Below are positions 45,158 to 55,492 of a DNA stretch of 64,000 nt, piece after piece. The stretch covers positions 27,908 to 91,907 of the forward strand of contig CAPEBR010000013.1 of NCBI GenBank assembly GCA_948602995.1, read 5' to 3'. The notes beneath the pieces were generated by a model. It worked only from the letters and a program-made list of their open reading frames with translations, made no database searches and had not been told where the DNA came from. The position numbers and the translations under genes are program-made. Numbering within the stretch: position 1 is the first letter of the stretch; every line of letters starts with the position of its first letter. This DNA is from an uncultured Dorea sp. (GTDB taxonomy: Bacteria; Bacillota; Clostridia; Lachnospirales; Lachnospiraceae).

Positions 45158-46828
45158 TTAGAATAATCCTGTAATATTACCGTCCTCAGATACATCGATT
45201 CCGTTTGCAGCTGGAACCTTCGGAAGCCCCGGCATCGTCATGATCGCACCAGTGATGGCAACAATAAAGCCGGCTCCTGCACTCACATACACTTCCCGGA
45301 TCTTCACGTCAAAATCTGCCGGCCGTCCAAGCTTCGCCGCGTCGTCAGACAGGGAATACTGAGTCTTTGCCATGCAGACCGGAAGCTTTCCAAATCCCAT
45401 CGCCTCAATCTTCGCAAGCTGCTTTTCTGCCGCCGGCTCGTAGATGGCGCCTCTTGCCCCATAGATTTCCCTGGCAACTGTTTCAATCTTCTCCTTTAAG
45501 GAAAGTTCATCCTCATAGAGTGGATGGAAATGGCTCTCCTTTGTCTCCAGTGTCTCAAGAACCTTTTTTGCAAGAGACGTTCCGCCCTCTCCGCCTTTAG
45601 CCCAGACTTCGGCAAGCGCGAACTCACAGCCCTTCTCCTCACAGAATTTGCGGATGAATTCATACTCTGCCTCTGTGTCGGATACAAAGGAATTCAATGC
45701 GACAATAACCGGCACATCATATTTCTGTATATTTTCAATATGCTTTTCAAGATTTACGATTCCCCTCTTAAGAGCCTCGACATTCTCCTTTTCAAGCTCC
45801 CCGCGCGGTATGCCGCCATTATATTTCAAAGCCCGCACAGTTGCAACCAGAACGACTGCATCCGGAGCAAGTCCTGCCTTCCTGCACTTAATGTCAAAGA
45901 ACTTTTCAGCCCCCAGATCTGCGCCGAAGCCAGCCTCTGTAATGGTAATATCACTCATCTTAAGAGCCATTCTGGTAGCGCGCACACTATTGCAGCCATG
46001 GGCAATATTTGCAAAAGGACCGCCATGTACGATTGCCGGTGTATGCTCTAATGTCTGAATAATATTCGGCTTGATGGCATCCTTAAGCAGCGCCGTCATG
46101 GCGCCGGTTGCCTGCAGATCATCTGCCGTAACAGGATCGCCGTTAAAATTATATGCCACAATAATTTTTCCAAGTCTGCGTTTTAGATCCTGAATATCAT
46201 CAGCAAGGCAGAGAATCGCCATGATCTCAGAAGCAACCGTAATTACAAAGTGATCCTCCCTCACCATGCCGTCCATCTTATTTCCCAGTCCGACAACAAT
46301 GTTTCTCAGATTTCTGTCATTCATATCAAGGCAGCGTTTCCATACCACCTGCCTTGGATCAATCTGAAGCGCGTTTCCCTGCTGGATATGATTGTCAAGC
46401 AGAGCTGCCAGCAGATTGTTTGCCGAGGTAATGGCATGAAAATCCCCGGTAAAGTGAAGGTTCAGATCCTCCATGGGTACTACCTGGGAATAGCCTCCGC
46501 CTGCTGCTCCACCCTTAATTCCGAAGCATGGTCCAAGGGAAGGCTCTCTGAGGGCAATGACTGCCTTCTGGCCCAGTTTTGCCATTGCCTGTCCAAGTCC
46601 CACTGTAACGGTTGTCTTACCTTCTCCCGCTGGTGTGGGATTAATTGCTGTGACAAGCACAAGCTTTCCGTCCGGGTTGTCCTTGATGCCTTCCCACAGC
46701 TCGTCAGACAGCTTTGCCTTGTACTTCCCGTAAAATTCCAGCTCTTCTTCCTTAATACCTAATTTTTCTGCTACATCCTTTATATGCAGCATACTTGCCT
46801 CCTGTGCAATCTGGATATCGGTCTTCAT
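45158..46828 (-). CDS. fhs: Formate--tetrahydrofolate ligase
   Basis: [11 protein letters not shown]-loop and full-length FTHFS pattern; 556 aa. Confidence 0.95.
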   Translation of the reverse strand: MKTDIQIAQEASMLHIKDVAEKLGIKEEELEFYGKYKAKLSDELWEGIKDNPDGKLVLVTAINPTPAGEGKTTVTVGLGQAMAKLGQKAVIALREPSLGPCFGIKGGAAGGGYSQVVPMEDLNLHFTGDFHAITSANNLLAALLDNHIQQGNALQIDPRQVVWKRCLDMNDRNLRNIVVGLGNKMDGMVREDHFVITVASEIMAILCLADDIQDLKRRLGKIIVAYNFNGDPVTADDLQATGAMTALLKDAIKPNIIQTLEHTPAIVHGGPFANIAHGCNSVRATRMALKMSDITITEAGFGADLGAEKFFDIKCRKAGLAPDAVVLVATVRALKYNGGIPRGELEKENVEALKRGIVNLEKHIENIQKYDVPVIVALNSFVSDTEAEYEFIRKFCEEKGCEFALAEVWAKGGEGGTSLAKKVLETLETKESHFHPLYEDELSLKEKIETVAREIYGARGAIYEPAAEKQLAKIEAMGFGKLPVCMAKTQYSLSDDAAKLGRPADFDVKIREVYVSAGAGFIVAITGAIMTMPGLPKVPAANGIDVSEDGNITGLF

Positions 46829-46882
46829 TTGTCCCTGAGATCTCCTTTCTTCGCTGCAGGGCCTTAAGCCCCTGCGTCATCT

Positions 46883-49315
46883 TCACTCGTTACCTGTTAC
46901 ATACTGCTCGAATTCCTCTGTGGTCATTAAAATCTTCCGGGGCTTTGTCCCCTCTTCTCCTCCGACTACCCCTGCCTCACAGAGCTGGTCCATAATTCTG
47001 GCCGCTCTGTTAAAGCCGATCTTAAATGCTCTCTGCAGCATCCCGATGGATGCCTTCTCCTTATCTATGATGAGGCGGCCTGCTTCTGCAAAGTACTGGT
47101 CGCGTTCATCCCCTTCTGCGGACGCCATGCCTGACACCCCTATATTTGCCGAATTTACATGGGTGGTGATCTCTTCATCGTAAACTGCATCGCCGTTATT
47201 ATGTATCAGGTAGTCCACAACATCCTGGACCTCCTTATCTGATACAAAGGAGCCCTGGACTCTTGCCGGCTTCTGATAGCCCGCCGGATAAAAGAGCATG
47301 TCTCCCTTTCCAAGGAGCTTCTCTGCTCCGTTCATATCAATAATCGTCCTGGAGTCCACGCCCGAGGATACGGAAAATGCAATCCTTGACGGCATGTTTG
47401 CCTTGATCAGACCAGTAATGACATTCACGGACGGCCGCTGTGTTGCAAGAACAAGATGAATCCCTGCTGCCCTTGCAAGCTGGGCAAGACGGCAGATTGC
47501 CTCTTCTACTTCCCCGGAAGCCACCATCATCAGATCTGCCAGCTCATCTACAATAATGACAATCTGCGGCATGATTGCCGGCCGTTCCTCCTCAGGCACA
47601 GACATTTTCCTCACCTTGTCATTATAGCCCTTCATGTCCCTTACATTGTGCTCCGCAAATGCCTGGTATCTGCGGGTCATCTCAGCTACCCCCCAGTTAA
47701 GCGCTCCTGCAGCCTTCTTTGGATCTGTAACAACCGGAATCATAAGATGCGGGATGCCGTTATATACACTCAGCTCAACTACCTTGGGATCAATCATAAT
47801 GAGCTTGACCTCCTCCGGCTTTGCCTTATAAAGAATACTCATAATCAGCGTGTTGATGCAGACTGATTTACCAGAGCCTGTTGCACCTGCAATCAGAACA
47901 TGAGGCATTTTGGCAATATCTGTCACCACCGCCTTACCGCCGATATCCTTGCCGGCAGCAAAAGAAAGCTTTGATGTGCTGTTCTTAAATTCCTTTGATT
48001 CCAAAAGATCCCGGAGCATTACCGGAGAATTTTCTTTATTCGGAACCTCTATGCCTACAGCCGCCTTTCCCGGAATCGGAGCCTCGATCCGGATATCCGC
48101 TGCCGCAAGATTCAGTTTAATATCATCTGCAAGCCCCACAATCTTACTTACCTTTACCCCCATCTCGGGCTGAAGCTCATAGCGGGTAACCGACGGCCCG
48201 CAGCTAACATTCATCACTGTAACACTCACCCCGAAATTCTTCAGCGTCTGCTGAAGCTTGATCGCTGTCTCTCTGAGTGCAGCATCTGATTCTCCGCCGG
48301 TCCGGCTTCCTCTCTTAAGAAGAGAAATCGGCGGCAGATGATATTCTTTTTCCGGTTTCTCTGCTGCTTCTGCCACAGATGCAGCAACCTCCTTCATCTC
48401 ATCCTCCACGGAAATCTGTGAGGCTTTCCCCTTTCTTTTGGAAGAACCAGACACTTTTTCCGAAGGTTCTGCCAAAATCTCACTTTCTTTCGTCTCCTGG
48501 AAGCCTCCAGGCATCACAGTGTCGCCGCGGTTAATGACAAACTGGGGTTCTGCCGGGGTACTCATCTCCTCTGTCTCTCTGGAAGATGGCATTTTCCTTC
48601 CTTTCGCTGCAGACGGTGTTTCATCCTCCGGCACAAGCAGTTCCTTCATCTCCGGGGACTTTTTGGAAATCTCTGTATCAAAAGATACTCCTTCCACATG
48701 CCGGTCCGTCCGTTTCCGGCCGTTCCCCTTCGTCTCACCCCTTACTGCCTTTCTTGCAACCATCCTGGCAGATGCCGCTTCATGCCTTTTGGCAGCATCT
48801 TCTTTTGCACGGCTGTATGCCCTGCTCCCCTGGCTCTTTACTCCCTTAAGCGCAGATTTTCCTGTAATCCCCACCAGACAGATAATCATGCAGATAATCA
48901 CAACCACATAGGTGCCGACTGCACCGATTGCCGGAACCAGAAGCCCGGCCAGGAGACTCCCGATGATTCCTCCTTCTTCCTGAATCAGTTCAAAAAAGAT
49001 GCTGAAAAGAATCATTAGTAAAAGGCCTGCCACTGTCTTTGCATATGCGGTAAAATTATCCTTATTCGCAGTCAGAAAAGCAACAGCTCCGAATAAGGCA
49101 AAAGGCACTGCATAAACCGTCCAGCCAAATATATCTGTCAGAAAGGCTGACAGAAAGACGCCTGCCTTCCCGCCAAGCCCGAAATTACTGATTAGCAGAA
49201 GGATGCTGACGGCCAGCGCCGACCATATGACTATCTCATCGCCCAAAAAGCTGTTCTCAGACATATTTTTTTTTGTCTGCTTTGTACGTTTCTTCTTTTT
49301 TGCCTTTGAAGCCAT
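46883..49315 (-). CDS. ftsK: DNA translocase FtsK/SpoIIIE
   Basis: N-terminal TM helices, a disordered linker, motor domain with Walker [10 protein letters not shown], and a C-terminal gamma wHTH ([23 protein letters not shown]). Confidence 0.95.
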   Translation of the reverse strand: MASKAKKKKRTKQTKKNMSENSFLGDEIVIWSALAVSILLLISNFGLGGKAGVFLSAFLTDIFGWTVYAVPFALFGAVAFLTANKDNFTAYAKTVAGLLLMILFSIFFELIQEEGGIIGSLLAGLLVPAIGAVGTYVVVIICMIICLVGITGKSALKGVKSQGSRAYSRAKEDAAKRHEAASARMVARKAVRGETKGNGRKRTDRHVEGVSFDTEISKKSPEMKELLVPEDETPSAAKGRKMPSSRETEEMSTPAEPQFVINRGDTVMPGGFQETKESEILAEPSEKVSGSSKRKGKASQISVEDEMKEVAASVAEAAEKPEKEYHLPPISLLKRGSRTGGESDAALRETAIKLQQTLKNFGVSVTVMNVSCGPSVTRYELQPEMGVKVSKIVGLADDIKLNLAAADIRIEAPIPGKAAVGIEVPNKENSPVMLRDLLESKEFKNSTSKLSFAAGKDIGGKAVVTDIAKMPHVLIAGATGSGKSVCINTLIMSILYKAKPEEVKLIMIDPKVVELSVYNGIPHLMIPVVTDPKKAAGALNWGVAEMTRRYQAFAEHNVRDMKGYNDKVRKMSVPEEERPAIMPQIVIIVDELADLMMVASGEVEEAICRLAQLARAAGIHLVLATQRPSVNVITGLIKANMPSRIAFSVSSGVDSRTIIDMNGAEKLLGKGDMLFYPAGYQKPARVQGSFVSDKEVQDVVDYLIHNNGDAVYDEEITTHVNSANIGVSGMASAEGDERDQYFAEAGRLIIDKEKASIGMLQRAFKIGFNRAARIMDQLCEAGVVGGEEGTKPRKILMTTEEFEQYVTGNE

Positions 49316-49389
49316 ACGCTTCCCCCTTCTTCATGATATTGTCAAAACACGCTTGTATCATATTATATCATTTTAAAGGGACACTGTCA

Positions 49390-50094
49390 TTAATTAATTT
49401 CGCTCTTTTTTTCTTTGTATTCATCGATCATTTCGTGCAATTTACGAAGAGCGTCGCTCATTCCGCCTACTTTATCAATTAATCCTTCTGATACTGCCTC
49501 CTGTCCTTCTAAAAGAGTCCCCACATCCTTTACAAGCTCTGTCGGGTTAAGCATCAGCTCTTCTACCCGCTCTTTTTTCATTTTTGAATGTCTGGCGAGG
49601 AATCCTGTAATGCGGTCCTGGGTCCGCAGCATATTCTGCAGGCTCTGTCTTACCCCGATGAACATGCCGTTGGAACGAACTGGATGTATGATCATGGTTC
49701 CTGTCGGCACAATAAAGGAATACTGGGCCGCTACCGCAAGGGGTCCCCCGATAGAATGGCTCCCGCCCAGCACAAGTGATACGGTGGGCTTACTTAAGGA
49801 TGCAATCATCTCCGCTATGGAAAGTCCTGCCTCTACATCTCCCCCCATGGTGTGAAGGAGAATTAATAGTCCCTCAATCTCTTCGCTGTCCTCCACCTCT
49901 GCAAGCATGGGAAGAAGATGCTCGTATTTTGTTGCCTTTGTGTTTCCGGACACCGCCTCATGCCCTTCAATCTCCCCGATAACTGTAAGAAGCTTTATTT
50001 TATGATGCCGCTTATTCTCTTCCAGATATACGCTTCCGGTTTCTTTAATCTCGTCCTTCTTTTCTGCTTCGCTCTGATTTTGTCCCTCTTTCAT
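49390..50094 (-). CDS. ClpP-fold serine protease-like protein (TepA / translocation-enhancing protein family)
   Basis: IGEIEGHEAVSGNTKATKYEHLLPML...LHTMGGDVEAGLSIAEMI...IHPVR matches the TepA-type ClpP-like pattern. Confidence 0.75.
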   Translation of the reverse strand: MKEGQNQSEAEKKDEIKETGSVYLEENKRHHKIKLLTVIGEIEGHEAVSGNTKATKYEHLLPMLAEVEDSEEIEGLLILLHTMGGDVEAGLSIAEMIASLSKPTVSLVLGGSHSIGGPLAVAAQYSFIVPTGTMIIHPVRSNGMFIGVRQSLQNMLRTQDRITGFLARHSKMKKERVEELMLNPTELVKDVGTLLEGQEAVSEGLIDKVGGMSDALRKLHEMIDEYKEKKSEIN

Positions 50095-50141
50095 ACAAAA
50101 ACACCTCCATACTCCATTAGTATGGAAGTGTTTCCATATTT

Positions 50142-51440
50142 TTATACCTGTTCCAAAGCCTGTTGTAAATCTGCAATAATATCCTCACTGTTCTCAATAC
50201 CAACACTGAATCTGATCAGATCCGGCTGCACGCCTGCTTCCTGAAGCTCCTGGTCATTCATCTGGCGGTGTGTATGGCTCGCGGGATGAAGCACACAGCT
50301 TCTTGCATCAGCCACATGTGTCACGATTGCAATCATCTTAAGGCTGTCCATCATGCGCACAGCCGCATCTCTCCCACCCTTCAGGCCAAAGGTAATGACG
50401 CCGCAGGTTCCCCCAGGCATATATTTCCTGGCCAGCTCATAATATCTGTCTCCCTCAAGAGACGGACAATTCACCCATGCCACCTTTTCATGGTTCTTAA
50501 GGTATACGGCTGCTTTCAGTGCATTCTCACAGTGCCTTTCCATACGAAGATGCAAGGTCTCCAGGCCAAGATTCAGGAGGAATGCATTCTGCGGGGACTG
50601 GATTGAGCCAAGATCTCTCATAAGCTGTGCAGTCGCTTTGGTTATGTATGCACCCTTCCCGAACTTTTCTGTATAAATGATCCCATGGTAGGTTTCATCT
50701 GGCGTCGTAAGCCCTGGGAATTTTTCCGCGTGTGCCTCCCAGTCAAAATTGCCGCTGTCCACAATTGCCCCTCCTACACAGGTGGCATGTCCATCCATAT
50801 ACTTTGTGGTAGAATGAGTGACGATGTCTGCGCCCCACTTGAAGGGACGGCAGTTGATCGGCGTTGCAAAGGTATTATCCACGATAAATGGAACTCCATG
50901 GGCATGTGCTGCCTCTGCAAATTTTTCAAAATCCAGCACAACCAAAGCCGGATTGGCGATCGTCTCCCCGAAAACTGCCTTTGTATTTTCCCGGAATGCT
51001 CCGCTAAGCTCTTCCTCTGTACAATCTGGATCCACAAATGTTGCATCCACACCCATCCTGCGGATGGTATGGGCATAGAGATTATACGTGCCTCCATAGA
51101 GCGCAGATGCACATATAATGTGATCCCCTGCCTGTACAATATTCATAATCGCATAGAAATTTGCCGCCTGTCCGGACGAAGTCAGCATGGCTGCCGCACC
51201 GCCTTCCAGATCGCAGATCTTTGCAGCTACCGCGTCATTAGTTGGGTTCTGAAGCCTTGTATAAAAATACCCGGCCTCTTCCAGATCAAAGAGTCTTCCC
51301 ATCTGTTCACTGCTTGAATATTTAAAAGTTGTACTCTGATAGATGGGAAGCACTCTCGCCTCCCCGTTTTCCGGCGCATATCCGGACTGGATACATTTCG
51401 TCTCAATTTTATAGCTGCTCACACTGATTCCTCCTGTCAT
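50142..51440 (-). CDS. metY: O-acetylhomoserine aminocarboxypropyltransferase (sulfhydrylase)
   Basis: Cys/Met-metabolism PLP family with the PLP lysine in STTKYMDGH; 432 aa. Confidence 0.9.
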   Translation of the reverse strand: MTGGISVSSYKIETKCIQSGYAPENGEARVLPIYQSTTFKYSSSEQMGRLFDLEEAGYFYTRLQNPTNDAVAAKICDLEGGAAAMLTSSGQAANFYAIMNIVQAGDHIICASALYGGTYNLYAHTIRRMGVDATFVDPDCTEEELSGAFRENTKAVFGETIANPALVVLDFEKFAEAAHAHGVPFIVDNTFATPINCRPFKWGADIVTHSTTKYMDGHATCVGGAIVDSGNFDWEAHAEKFPGLTTPDETYHGIIYTEKFGKGAYITKATAQLMRDLGSIQSPQNAFLLNLGLETLHLRMERHCENALKAAVYLKNHEKVAWVNCPSLEGDRYYELARKYMPGGTCGVITFGLKGGRDAAVRMMDSLKMIAIVTHVADARSCVLHPASHTHRQMNDQELQEAGVQPDLIRFSVGIENSEDIIADLQQALEQV

Positions 51441-51447
51441 CTTTCAT

Positions 51448-52209
51448 TTAAAGTAAATATTTTTTTTGAAGCCCCCGCACCATTTCTGTATAGAGATGTC
51501 TGCAGTCTTCATATCTTTTCTGCTCAATGTATCGGATACACGGAGACAGATAGTCCTCATAAAGTCTCTGATAGACTGCCGGAGCATCCGGCTGCATGTT
51601 CAGGATCCAGACAAGAGAAGGAGCCGTATCATAATACTCCTCCACAAGGGCTCTTCCCTCTGCATCCCTCATCATATAGCTGTCTCTATATGCACGCAGA
51701 CTTGTAAGCTCATAACAGTCATCTTCTTTCCCCTGCCAGTCACACACCGCAGTCGTAATAAAGCACAGTCCTTTCTTAAACCCTCCGGCAATCTCCTCAT
51801 AGGAAGACATACTCAGTGTCAGAGAGGTTACCTTTTTTTCGTTCCACAGCTCAACCATACGTTCTGCAAGCCTTCTGCAGTTTTCCTCCCTTGTATAAGT
51901 AAGGATCGGAATGACATAGACAGCCATATTCAGATTATAATTGATTGCCATGCGTTCCTTCTTTGCCTTTGGAATATACTGTATCTTCTCATATGCATAC
52001 TCCGGCACAACGCCCGCAAGCTCTTCTGTCATCTGTTCCCTTTCCACATCATTCTTACCGCTTAAGAGCTCGCTGATGCTGGAGATCATCCCTTTATATT
52101 TTCCAAATCCTTCCTCAAACAGCCCCTGATAAGTCTTTCGTTTGAAAGAAGAAACCTTAGGAAGCATCTCTTCAAACAGATCTGTTAATTCCTTCTTAAT
52201 CTTCTCCAT
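51448..52209 (-). CDS. Hypothetical protein with a C-terminal Cys-motif module (CFITTAVC...DDCYELTxLRxYRD)
   Basis: 253 aa, no TM. The conserved-looking cysteine pattern is GLCFITTAVCDWQGKEDDCYELTSLRAYRDSYM...YLSPCIRYIEQKRYEDCRHLY. Packed between yebC and metY with gaps of 7 and 12 nt. Confidence 0.6.
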   Translation of the reverse strand: MEKIKKELTDLFEEMLPKVSSFKRKTYQGLFEEGFGKYKGMISSISELLSGKNDVEREQMTEELAGVVPEYAYEKIQYIPKAKKERMAINYNLNMAVYVIPILTYTREENCRRLAERMVELWNEKKVTSLTLSMSSYEEIAGGFKKGLCFITTAVCDWQGKEDDCYELTSLRAYRDSYMMRDAEGRALVEEYYDTAPSLVWILNMQPDAPAVYQRLYEDYLSPCIRYIEQKRYEDCRHLYTEMVRGLQKKYLL

Positions 52210-52221
52210 GTTATGTAACCC

Positions 52222-52953
52222 TTATTCATCCCAGTTATGATATACGTTCTGCACATCATCATCGTCATCCAGCATATCCAGCGTCTTCTGGATGCCCGCA
52301 ATATCCTTTTCATCTGTAAGTTCCACATAGGTCTGCGGAATCATCGTTACCTCCGCAGCCGCCATGGGGATCTTCGCTTCTTCAAGAGCCTGACGGACTG
52401 CGCTGAAGTCTTCTGGATCCGTCAGAATCTCATAGCTGTCCTCTTCCTCTGAAAAATCCTCTGCCCCTGCATCAAGCGCTGTCATCATAAGCTCATCCGC
52501 ATCGCACTCATACTCTTCCTTGTCAATAACGATCTGCCCTTTTTTATCAAACATAAAGGACACACACCCAGGTGTGCCTACATTGCCCTTGCCCTTTGTA
52601 AATGCATTCTTTACATTCGTAGCAGTCCGGTTCCGGTTATCTGTGAGTGCCTCAACAATAATCGCCGTACCGTTTGGGCCGTACCCTTCATATGTAATAT
52701 ACTCATAGTTCGCAGCATTGGCATCGCCGTCCGCTTTCTTAATGTTCCTGTCAATGGTATCATTCGGCATATTATTGGCCTTCGCCTTTGCGATGACATC
52801 TCTTAGCCTGCTGTTATTTGCCGGGTCTGCACTTCCGCCCTCTTTAACAGCAACAGCAAGCTCTTTTCCGATCTTTGTAAATATTTTTCCCTTTGCAGCA
52901 TCATTTTTTTCTTTTTTATGTTTGATGTTGGCAAATTTTGAATGTCCTGACAT
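52222..52953 (-). CDS. yebC: YebC/PmpR-family transcriptional/translation-associated regulator
   Basis: [15 protein letters not shown]-terminus and full-length YebC pattern. Confidence 0.95.
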   Translation of the reverse strand: MSGHSKFANIKHKKEKNDAAKGKIFTKIGKELAVAVKEGGSADPANNSRLRDVIAKAKANNMPNDTIDRNIKKADGDANAANYEYITYEGYGPNGTAIIVEALTDNRNRTATNVKNAFTKGKGNVGTPGCVSFMFDKKGQIVIDKEEYECDADELMMTALDAGAEDFSEEEDSYEILTDPEDFSAVRQALEEAKIPMAAAEVTMIPQTYVELTDEKDIAGIQKTLDMLDDDDDVQNVYHNWDE

Positions 52954-53009
52954 ATCTTTCTTTTCCTCTCTTCATCTTTCTTTGTAAACAAATCACATTT
53001 TTTATTCTA

Positions 53010-53834
53010 TCACGCTTTTTCCGGTTTTTCAATCCCGGCAGACTGCCGGTCTTCCCTGTTGATTTTAACCCTTTGTATGGTGTTGTCATTTACCTCAAGA
53101 ACCGTGAACCGGTAACCCTCATACTCAACAATGCACTGCTCATCCTCCCCGGGAATCCGGTCAAGCTGGGCGATCAGAAAGCCGTTTAGTGTCCCATACT
53201 CGTCTTTTTCAAATGTAATGTCAATACGGTCCTCAAGTCTCTCCAGATCAAGGAACCCCCTGGCTATGTAGCCTCCGTCAGCCTGAAGCTTCAGTTCCTC
53301 TTCTTCCTCATCATACTCATCCAGGATATTTCCCACGATCTCCTCCAAAATATCCTCCAGAGCCACCAGACCCGCTGTCTGCCCATATTCATCAATTACG
53401 ATCACGATATGGTTCTTCTCTGCCTGCATCTCTTTAAACAGCGTGTCAATACTTTTTGTTTCCGGTATAAATGCTACCGGACGTATGTAATCCACAAGCT
53501 CTTCAATGGGGGTATCCCTAAGTTCCTTATTGAGATAACAAGTCATTGCCTCCCTGAGATGCATAAATCCGATGATCTCATCGATCCCTTCCCTGAAGAC
53601 CGGAAATCTTGAATACGTTTCCTCCAGCATGAACCTCAGGGCATCCTCCAGCTTTTCCCTGCCGTCAATTGCCACAATATTCCTTCTGTGTGTCATAATG
53701 TCCTTTGCATCTTTGTCAAGATAGCGGACGATATTACGGATCAGCCGGGCCGCTTCCCGCTGTAAACTGCCGTCTTCCTCTTCCTCAACCTGGAATATCT
53801 GTCTCATCCTCCCGAATAAACTGCCGTCTTCCAT
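53010..53834 (-). CDS. CBS-pair + CorC/HlyC domain protein (CorC/YbeX type, no DUF21 membrane domain)
   Basis: Tandem CBS domains followed by the transporter-associated CorC_HlyC domain; 274 aa, no TM segment. Confidence 0.8.
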   Translation of the reverse strand: MEDGSLFGRMRQIFQVEEEEDGSLQREAARLIRNIVRYLDKDAKDIMTHRRNIVAIDGREKLEDALRFMLEETYSRFPVFREGIDEIIGFMHLREAMTCYLNKELRDTPIEELVDYIRPVAFIPETKSIDTLFKEMQAEKNHIVIVIDEYGQTAGLVALEDILEEIVGNILDEYDEEEEELKLQADGGYIARGFLDLERLEDRIDITFEKDEYGTLNGFLIAQLDRIPGEDEQCIVEYEGYRFTVLEVNDNTIQRVKINREDRQSAGIEKPEKA

Positions 53835-53860
53835 AATAATTTTTCTTATTCACTCCTTTT

Positions 53861-54208
53861 CTATGTATGAAGCTCGAAACTCACCTTCAGGGCTTCATCT
53901 ACTCTGTACATAATCTCTTTATCCAGATGACAGACCAGATCCTTAAGCCTCTGCTTGTCAATGGTTCTGACCTGTTCCAGTAAAACGACTGAATTCTTCA
54001 CGATCTGATAGCGTCTCGCATCAATCTCCACATGGGTCGGAAGCTTCGCCTTATTCATCCTTGAAGTAATTGCTGCACAGATCACAGTCGGGCTGTGTCT
54101 GTTGCCAACATCGTTCTGTATCACCAGCACCGGCCTGATTCCTCCCTGCTCAGAACCCACAACCGGGCTTAAATCTGCATAAAATATATCTCCGCGTCTT
54201 ACCTGCAC
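53861..54208 (-). CDS. mazF: MazF/EndoA (PemK-family) mRNA interferase toxin
   Basis: Near-collinear with B. subtilis EndoA: [58 protein letters not shown]...[13 protein letters not shown]. The Arg in GGIRP and the Thr in AAIT are retained. The second GTG (54208) fits the SD GGAG better than the track start 54217. Confidence 0.9.
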   Translation of the reverse strand: MQVRRGDIFYADLSPVVGSEQGGIRPVLVIQNDVGNRHSPTVICAAITSRMNKAKLPTHVEIDARRYQIVKNSVVLLEQVRTIDKQRLKDLVCHLDKEIMYRVDEALKVSFELHT

Positions 54209-54325
54209 TCTATTCACACTCCGATTTTTTTAAGATAAAATTAGTATTTCCACCTTTTTCAGAAGTATTCCATAGAGTTTTAACAATATGATACAAATGT
54301 CCTTTTGACGCTTACATTACAATAT

Positions 54326-55492
54326 TTATTCAAAATAATCCATCTGTCCTACCACCTTGCCGTGCCTAAGATAGGTTCTTGGAATTCTCTTTCCAAGATT
54401 ACAGACAAATTCATAATTAAACCTTCCGGACAGGCTGCTCAATACCTCCACCGGAAGGAATTCACCGCCGTCATGCCCCACCAGGGTAACCTTGTCGCCA
54501 AAGCTTACATTCGGAATTTCCGTAACGTCCACCATAAACTGATCCATACAGACCCTGCCAAGAATCGGAGCCTTTTTTCCATGAATCAGGACATACCCTT
54601 TCCCGGAAAGCTTCCTTGGATAACCGTCGCCATATCCAACTGGAATCGTTGCAATCCTGGTGTCTCTCTGGGTGACAAAGATGCCGCCGTAGCTTACAGG
54701 CGTTCCTGGTCCCACCCACTTCACATGCGCCACATGACTAATCAGCTCCATGGCAGGCTTAAGGGGGACTCGCTCCTTCTTAACCTCCCCGGACGGATAC
54801 ATGCCGTAAGAAGCAATCCCTGCACGAACCAGGTTCATATTTGCCTCTTCCATATCAATGATTGCAGCACTGTTGGAACAGTGATACCAGGAAAAGAACA
54901 CTTCCCGCTCTTCAAGCGCCCGCTTCATATACAGAAAATCCTCAAGCTGCCGTCTAGTAAAGCCCTTGTCCTCTTCATCCGACTTTGAAAAATGGGTATA
55001 CAGCCCTTCCATAACCAGGTGGGGAAGCCTGCTGATCTCCTCTATGATTCCCACGCTTTCCCTGTTGGCAAGAAAACCAAGCCTGGACATCCCCGTATCC
55101 AGCTTCACATGAATATAGGCATCTTTTCCGGATTCCTCTGCAATTCTAGAAAGCTCCTCCGCCATTTCCTTTGTATAGACAGTCAGCCGGATCTCATGCC
55201 TGACCATCTCTTCCCTTTGTTCCGGGAATACACATCCCAGTACAAGAACCGGCTTTCTAATGCCCTGTTTCTTTAAGATCAGCGCTTCCTCCGGCGTTGC
55301 AACGGCACAGCCCCATATATATTCCTTTTCTTCAAGCATCTGTGCGATCTGCACGGCTCCGTGTCCGTATCCGTCCATCTTGACAACTGCCAGCATGGAC
55401 GCATCACTGCTGATATTCTGCTTCATTCTTTCAATATTATATTCCACCGCGTCCAGATCTACTCTCGCACAGATTCTATTATACTCCTTCAC
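54326..55492 (-). CDS. alr: Alanine racemase
   Basis: PLP-lysine motif AVVKMDGYGHG and the C-terminal beta-barrel domain. Confidence 0.95.
   Translation of the reverse strand: MKEYNRICARVDLDAVEYNIERMKQNISSDASMLAVVKMDGYGHGAVQIAQMLEEKEYIWGCAVATPEEALILKKQGIRKPVLVLGCVFPEQREEMVRHEIRLTVYTKEMAEELSRIAEESGKDAYIHVKLDTGMSRLGFLANRESVGIIEEISRLPHLVMEGLYTHFSKSDEEDKGFTRRQLEDFLYMKRALEEREVFFSWYHCSNSAAIIDMEEANMNLVRAGIASYGMYPSGEVKKERVPLKPAMELISHVAHVKWVGPGTPVSYGGIFVTQRDTRIATIPVGYGDGYPRKLSGKGYVLIHGKKAPILGRVCMDQFMVDVTEIPNVSFGDKVTLVGHDGGEFLPVEVLSSLSGRFNYEFVCNLGKRIPRTYLRHGKVVGQMDYFE

Noticed and set aside
54218-54325. 28-codon TTG-initiated ORF in the alr-mazF spacer as a candidate antitoxin
   Set aside because: It is too short for MazE/EndoAI (56-93 aa), its SD is poorly spaced, and it has no RHH or AbrB-like sequence. 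It stays only as a hypothesis inside the orphan-toxin finding.
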